Made by a program: the position numbers and the translations under genes
In this document: piece after piece, positions 61,031 through 64,000 of the stretch
Layout: each line of letters opens with the position of its first letter
How positions within the stretch are numbered: the first letter of the stretch is position 1
From: Rhina ancylostomus
Taxonomy: Eukaryota
Reading direction: 5' to 3'
DNA: 64,000 nt
NCBI GenBank assembly: GCA_030265395.1
Contig: JARFYF010000112.1
Coordinates: 77,389,880-77,453,879 of the forward strand
The notes under the pieces: generated by a model
What the model was told of the DNA's origin: nothing
The model's input: the letters and a program-made list of their open reading frames with translations, nothing else
The model's database searches: none

Positions 61031-62732
61031 AGATTGAATAGCATATGAATATTTTATGTATACAAAACTTTTAACTGAAGAGACATGATTTGAATATTGG
61101 AAATAGCTAGACCTGGAAATTACCATTTTATTTGGGCAAAGACTGAAGAAACATAATCTTAAAAGTCTGCAAATTACTTGAAATGTAAGAAATCAGGAGA
61201 AAAGTATTATATTTCTCTTTCTATGCATAATTTATAGAGTTTATCAGATCATGTGAAGGCTGAATCAGGCAACTTTCTGATAAATAATCTTAAGAGATTT
61301 CTATCTGAGAAGAAATCTGATAGGTCTAATTCTGAATATAGGCCAATATCACTTTAGGCAGGGTCTTGGATGAGGTCTAAATAGTATGATACAAATAACA
61401 GAACAGGATGGATTAGCTGAACTATTGATTCAGAGCCTTGTCAGAATAGACTGGTAGAAAGACAGGTCTTTACTTATTCTTAATTTTAAGATTCCTTTCT
61501 GTAACATTGAAGGGCAATGGAAGAATAAAGCCCTCTGAGTAATGTCACAGTGGGAACATCCTTTTTGTAATGTCATGATGATGGCTTTTGTCCACTGCTA
61601 CATTCATTACACATTTACATTCTAACCTTTGAATAAGTGTCTAATGATAAAAGGTATAATGTAGCTGAGCAATTCAAGCTATAATTATTCAATTACTCAC
61701 CCACCATGAATATCCTAGGTAATTTTTAATCTTAGATGATTGGATCAAATTTGGTGCATAATGATGATGACATACTGTGAGAAGAGAGAGTGTACAAGAC
61801 TCTGGAACATCCTTCACATTATCAGTGGAGTTTCTAAGTTAAATGCTGTAATTGAAAGAAATAAACTAACTTTTGGCTCTCCCAAACAAGAATGAGGTTC
61901 AATTAATTGGTTTTAATTGTCTCATCAGCTTTATATCAATAGAAATTGTTGCACAGGCATAGCACAGAGCTGATCACTCAACAGTTACTAAAAGATATGG
62001 CTATTTAACAATAACTGTTTATAACTATACCTGCTGCAGAGTTTTCATTCTGATGTCCGACTTTAGACGTCCTGAGGCCCTAAGCCACAAATCTTATCTG
62101 AGAGGTACACTGTAGTTCCACAATCCAGACAAGGATAGAAAAGAAATTCATTAAGACTTCATCTCACTGAAAGGAAGAAAGGCAAACATTTTACTGTCAC
62201 CATCCGACTTACTAGAAAGAGATGTAAAATTTTGTCTGAGCTACTGCTCTGGCAATTTATTTAAAAAAATCAAGTTGTTCTTCTTTTCAATAGCTGAAGG
62301 ATGCACAAACTCACCATTGTTGCCAATTGGTTCGTTCACACTCCAATATCTTAAACAATGGGTGTGGTGTGGTGTGGTGTGATGGTGGGTGATTACATTA
62401 AGCTGTAGAGTTCAAGTAGAGGATTTGAGAGTGCAGGAGGGACAATACAAGCAACAACTGCTAATTTACTTATGCTGACGCTGGTTATCAGCTTAGTTTA
62501 AGCACAATCATTTGGGACTCGTTTTTTCTCTCTTTTTTATCATAGAAAGATTGGGTGTAGGTTAATGACATAGTTCATAGATGCACACCTTAAATACAAA
62601 AACAAAATACTGCATATTCTAGGAATATGAAATACAAACAGAAAATGTTTGAAATAGTTGTTCAGACAGCAACTGTGGAGTAAGATACAGTTATCTTTCA
62701 GGTTCAGGAAATTTGTTTCTTCATGAAAATTG

Positions 62733-62830
62733 TTTGGATGAAAGGTCATCAACTTGAAATATTAACTTTATTTCTCCCTCCTCAGATCTTTCCTGACCTG
62801 CTGAATATTTCCAGCATGTTTTGCTTTTTA
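62733..62830 (+). mobile_element. Degenerate Penelope-derived short repeat
   Basis: GGATGAAAGGTCATCAACTTGAAATATTAACT…TCAGATCTTTCCTGACCTGCTGAATATTTCCAGCATG. Confidence 0.7.
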
Positions 62831-63618
62831 TTTGTCCACTTGCAGTTTACAGGCTTGCAATCCTTCAGCAACAAATAGTCCTGTTACTTCGTGGCAGTAA
62901 AACAGAAACAATTGCATGAAAGGAGTGTGTACTAAAGACAATACTGTCTCAATATTTGAACCCATATTACCTCTAGCTTTGAGTCAATCTCACAGCACCA
63001 TGGAAAGCCATTTTGCCACAGTGAAGATATTTCTCTTTTCTCAAGTCTTTCACAAACAAGCCTGTGCTAAGCGATTGGTGACTGGAAAACCTGCCCTACT
63101 ACAATCTGCCCTGAAAAAGTCCTCTCATTACCTTGAATGGCAGGACTTTTGTCACTATTCTGCTCCCAAACATCCATCATACAGCCGTTAAGGAGCTTTG
63201 GGATGACAGTGGATGGAATTCTTCGAGCCTCGGTGTAAAAAACACATACCTGTATCAGAATTTGGCATCCATTGGGCAGAGATAGCAGACACAGAAAGTT
63301 GTTACAACAGAAGTTTTGCATATTCAGTATTCAATGGCTGCAATCACTGCTTGGAAGGGTATAGAGCATTCCCCTGCTTTGATCAAGAGGAAAATGGAAA
63401 TTTGTATTCTCGCTCTCTCTCTCAGAGAGAGAGAGACAGATGAACCAATTGGATTTTTAGGAGAAATTGATAGTTTTTTGGCCATGATTATATAGTTTAC
63501 AGTGTTTCTTTCATTCCTTGTATACTAAACTGATGATTTCCAATTCCTAGTACAGCGATGTTAAGATCTGAATTTGTATTTGTGCAGGCCTCTGAATTAT
63601 GAGAGCAGGAATGCCCTC

Positions 63619-64000
63619 AGTATATGTTCAGTTCTGGTCACCGCATTATAGGAAGGACGTGGAGGTGTTGGAGAGGGTGCAGAGGAGATTTACCAGGATG
63701 CTGCCTGGATTAGAGTGTATGGAATATGAGGANNNNNNNNNNNNNNNNNNNNNNNNNNNNNNNNNNNNNNNNNNNNNNNNNNNNNNNNNNNNNNNNNNNN
63801 NNNNNNNNNNNNNNNNNNNNNNNNNNNNNNNNGGTGGAGGCGGATACGTTGGACAGGTTCAAGAGGTTGTTGGATAGGCATATGGAGGAGTGTGGGATAG
63901 AGGGATATGAGGGAGGAAAGGGTTAGATGGTGTGAGGTGTGGTTAGATGGGCAGCACAACACAGTGGGCCAAAGGGCCTGTATTGTTCTGTATTGTTCTA
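63619..64000 (+). mobile_element. CR1 LINE 3' fragment, young, with a gap inside (same subfamily as 18157-19071)
   Basis: Encodes YVQFWSPHYRKDVEVLERVQRRFTRMLPGLECMEYE and VEADTLDRFKRLLDRHM. The tail is GTGGGCCAAAGGGCCTGTATTGTTCTGTATTGTTCTA. Confidence 0.92.

Noticed and set aside
63408-63440. (CT)n-A-(GA)n inverted repeat
   Set aside because: A simple microsatellite hairpin with no sign of function.
1-64000. Short ORFs in the supplied track as genes
   Set aside because: The DNA is vertebrate. Most ORFs are 60-110 aa with GTG/TTG starts, run through N-gaps, or are sense or antisense frames of transposon fossils. None resembles a host protein I recognise.

Overview
This is eukaryotic (vertebrate) genomic DNA. 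It is AT-rich, CpG-depleted and broken by many N-gaps, several of fixed 10 or 100 nt as in a linked-read draft assembly. The repeat families (V-domain HE1-type SINEs, CR1 LINEs, Rex1/Babar, RTE, Deu-domain SINEs, Penelope) point to a cartilaginous fish (shark or ray); this is an inference from repeats only. I found no intact protein-coding gene, and the window reads as intron or intergenic DNA full of transposon fossils. Every ORF in the supplied track that I can recognise is a broken retroelement or transposon frame. The main observation is a family of about 10 short dispersed repeats carrying a minimal type I hammerhead ribozyme (stem I-CUGANGA-stem II-GAAA-CGUH-stem I'). One copy ends a decayed Penelope-like element with RT C-terminal and GIY-YIG remnants. 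Also present: fossils of both PIF/Harbinger genes (DDE transposase and Myb/SANT) plus a candidate MITE, two solo LTRs (one with a perfect 4-bp TSD), several nested insertions, an unexplained identical 39-mer 40 kb apart, and one weak CpG-rich exon candidate at the window start. Family assignments come from motif recognition by eye, and boundaries of old repeats are approximate.
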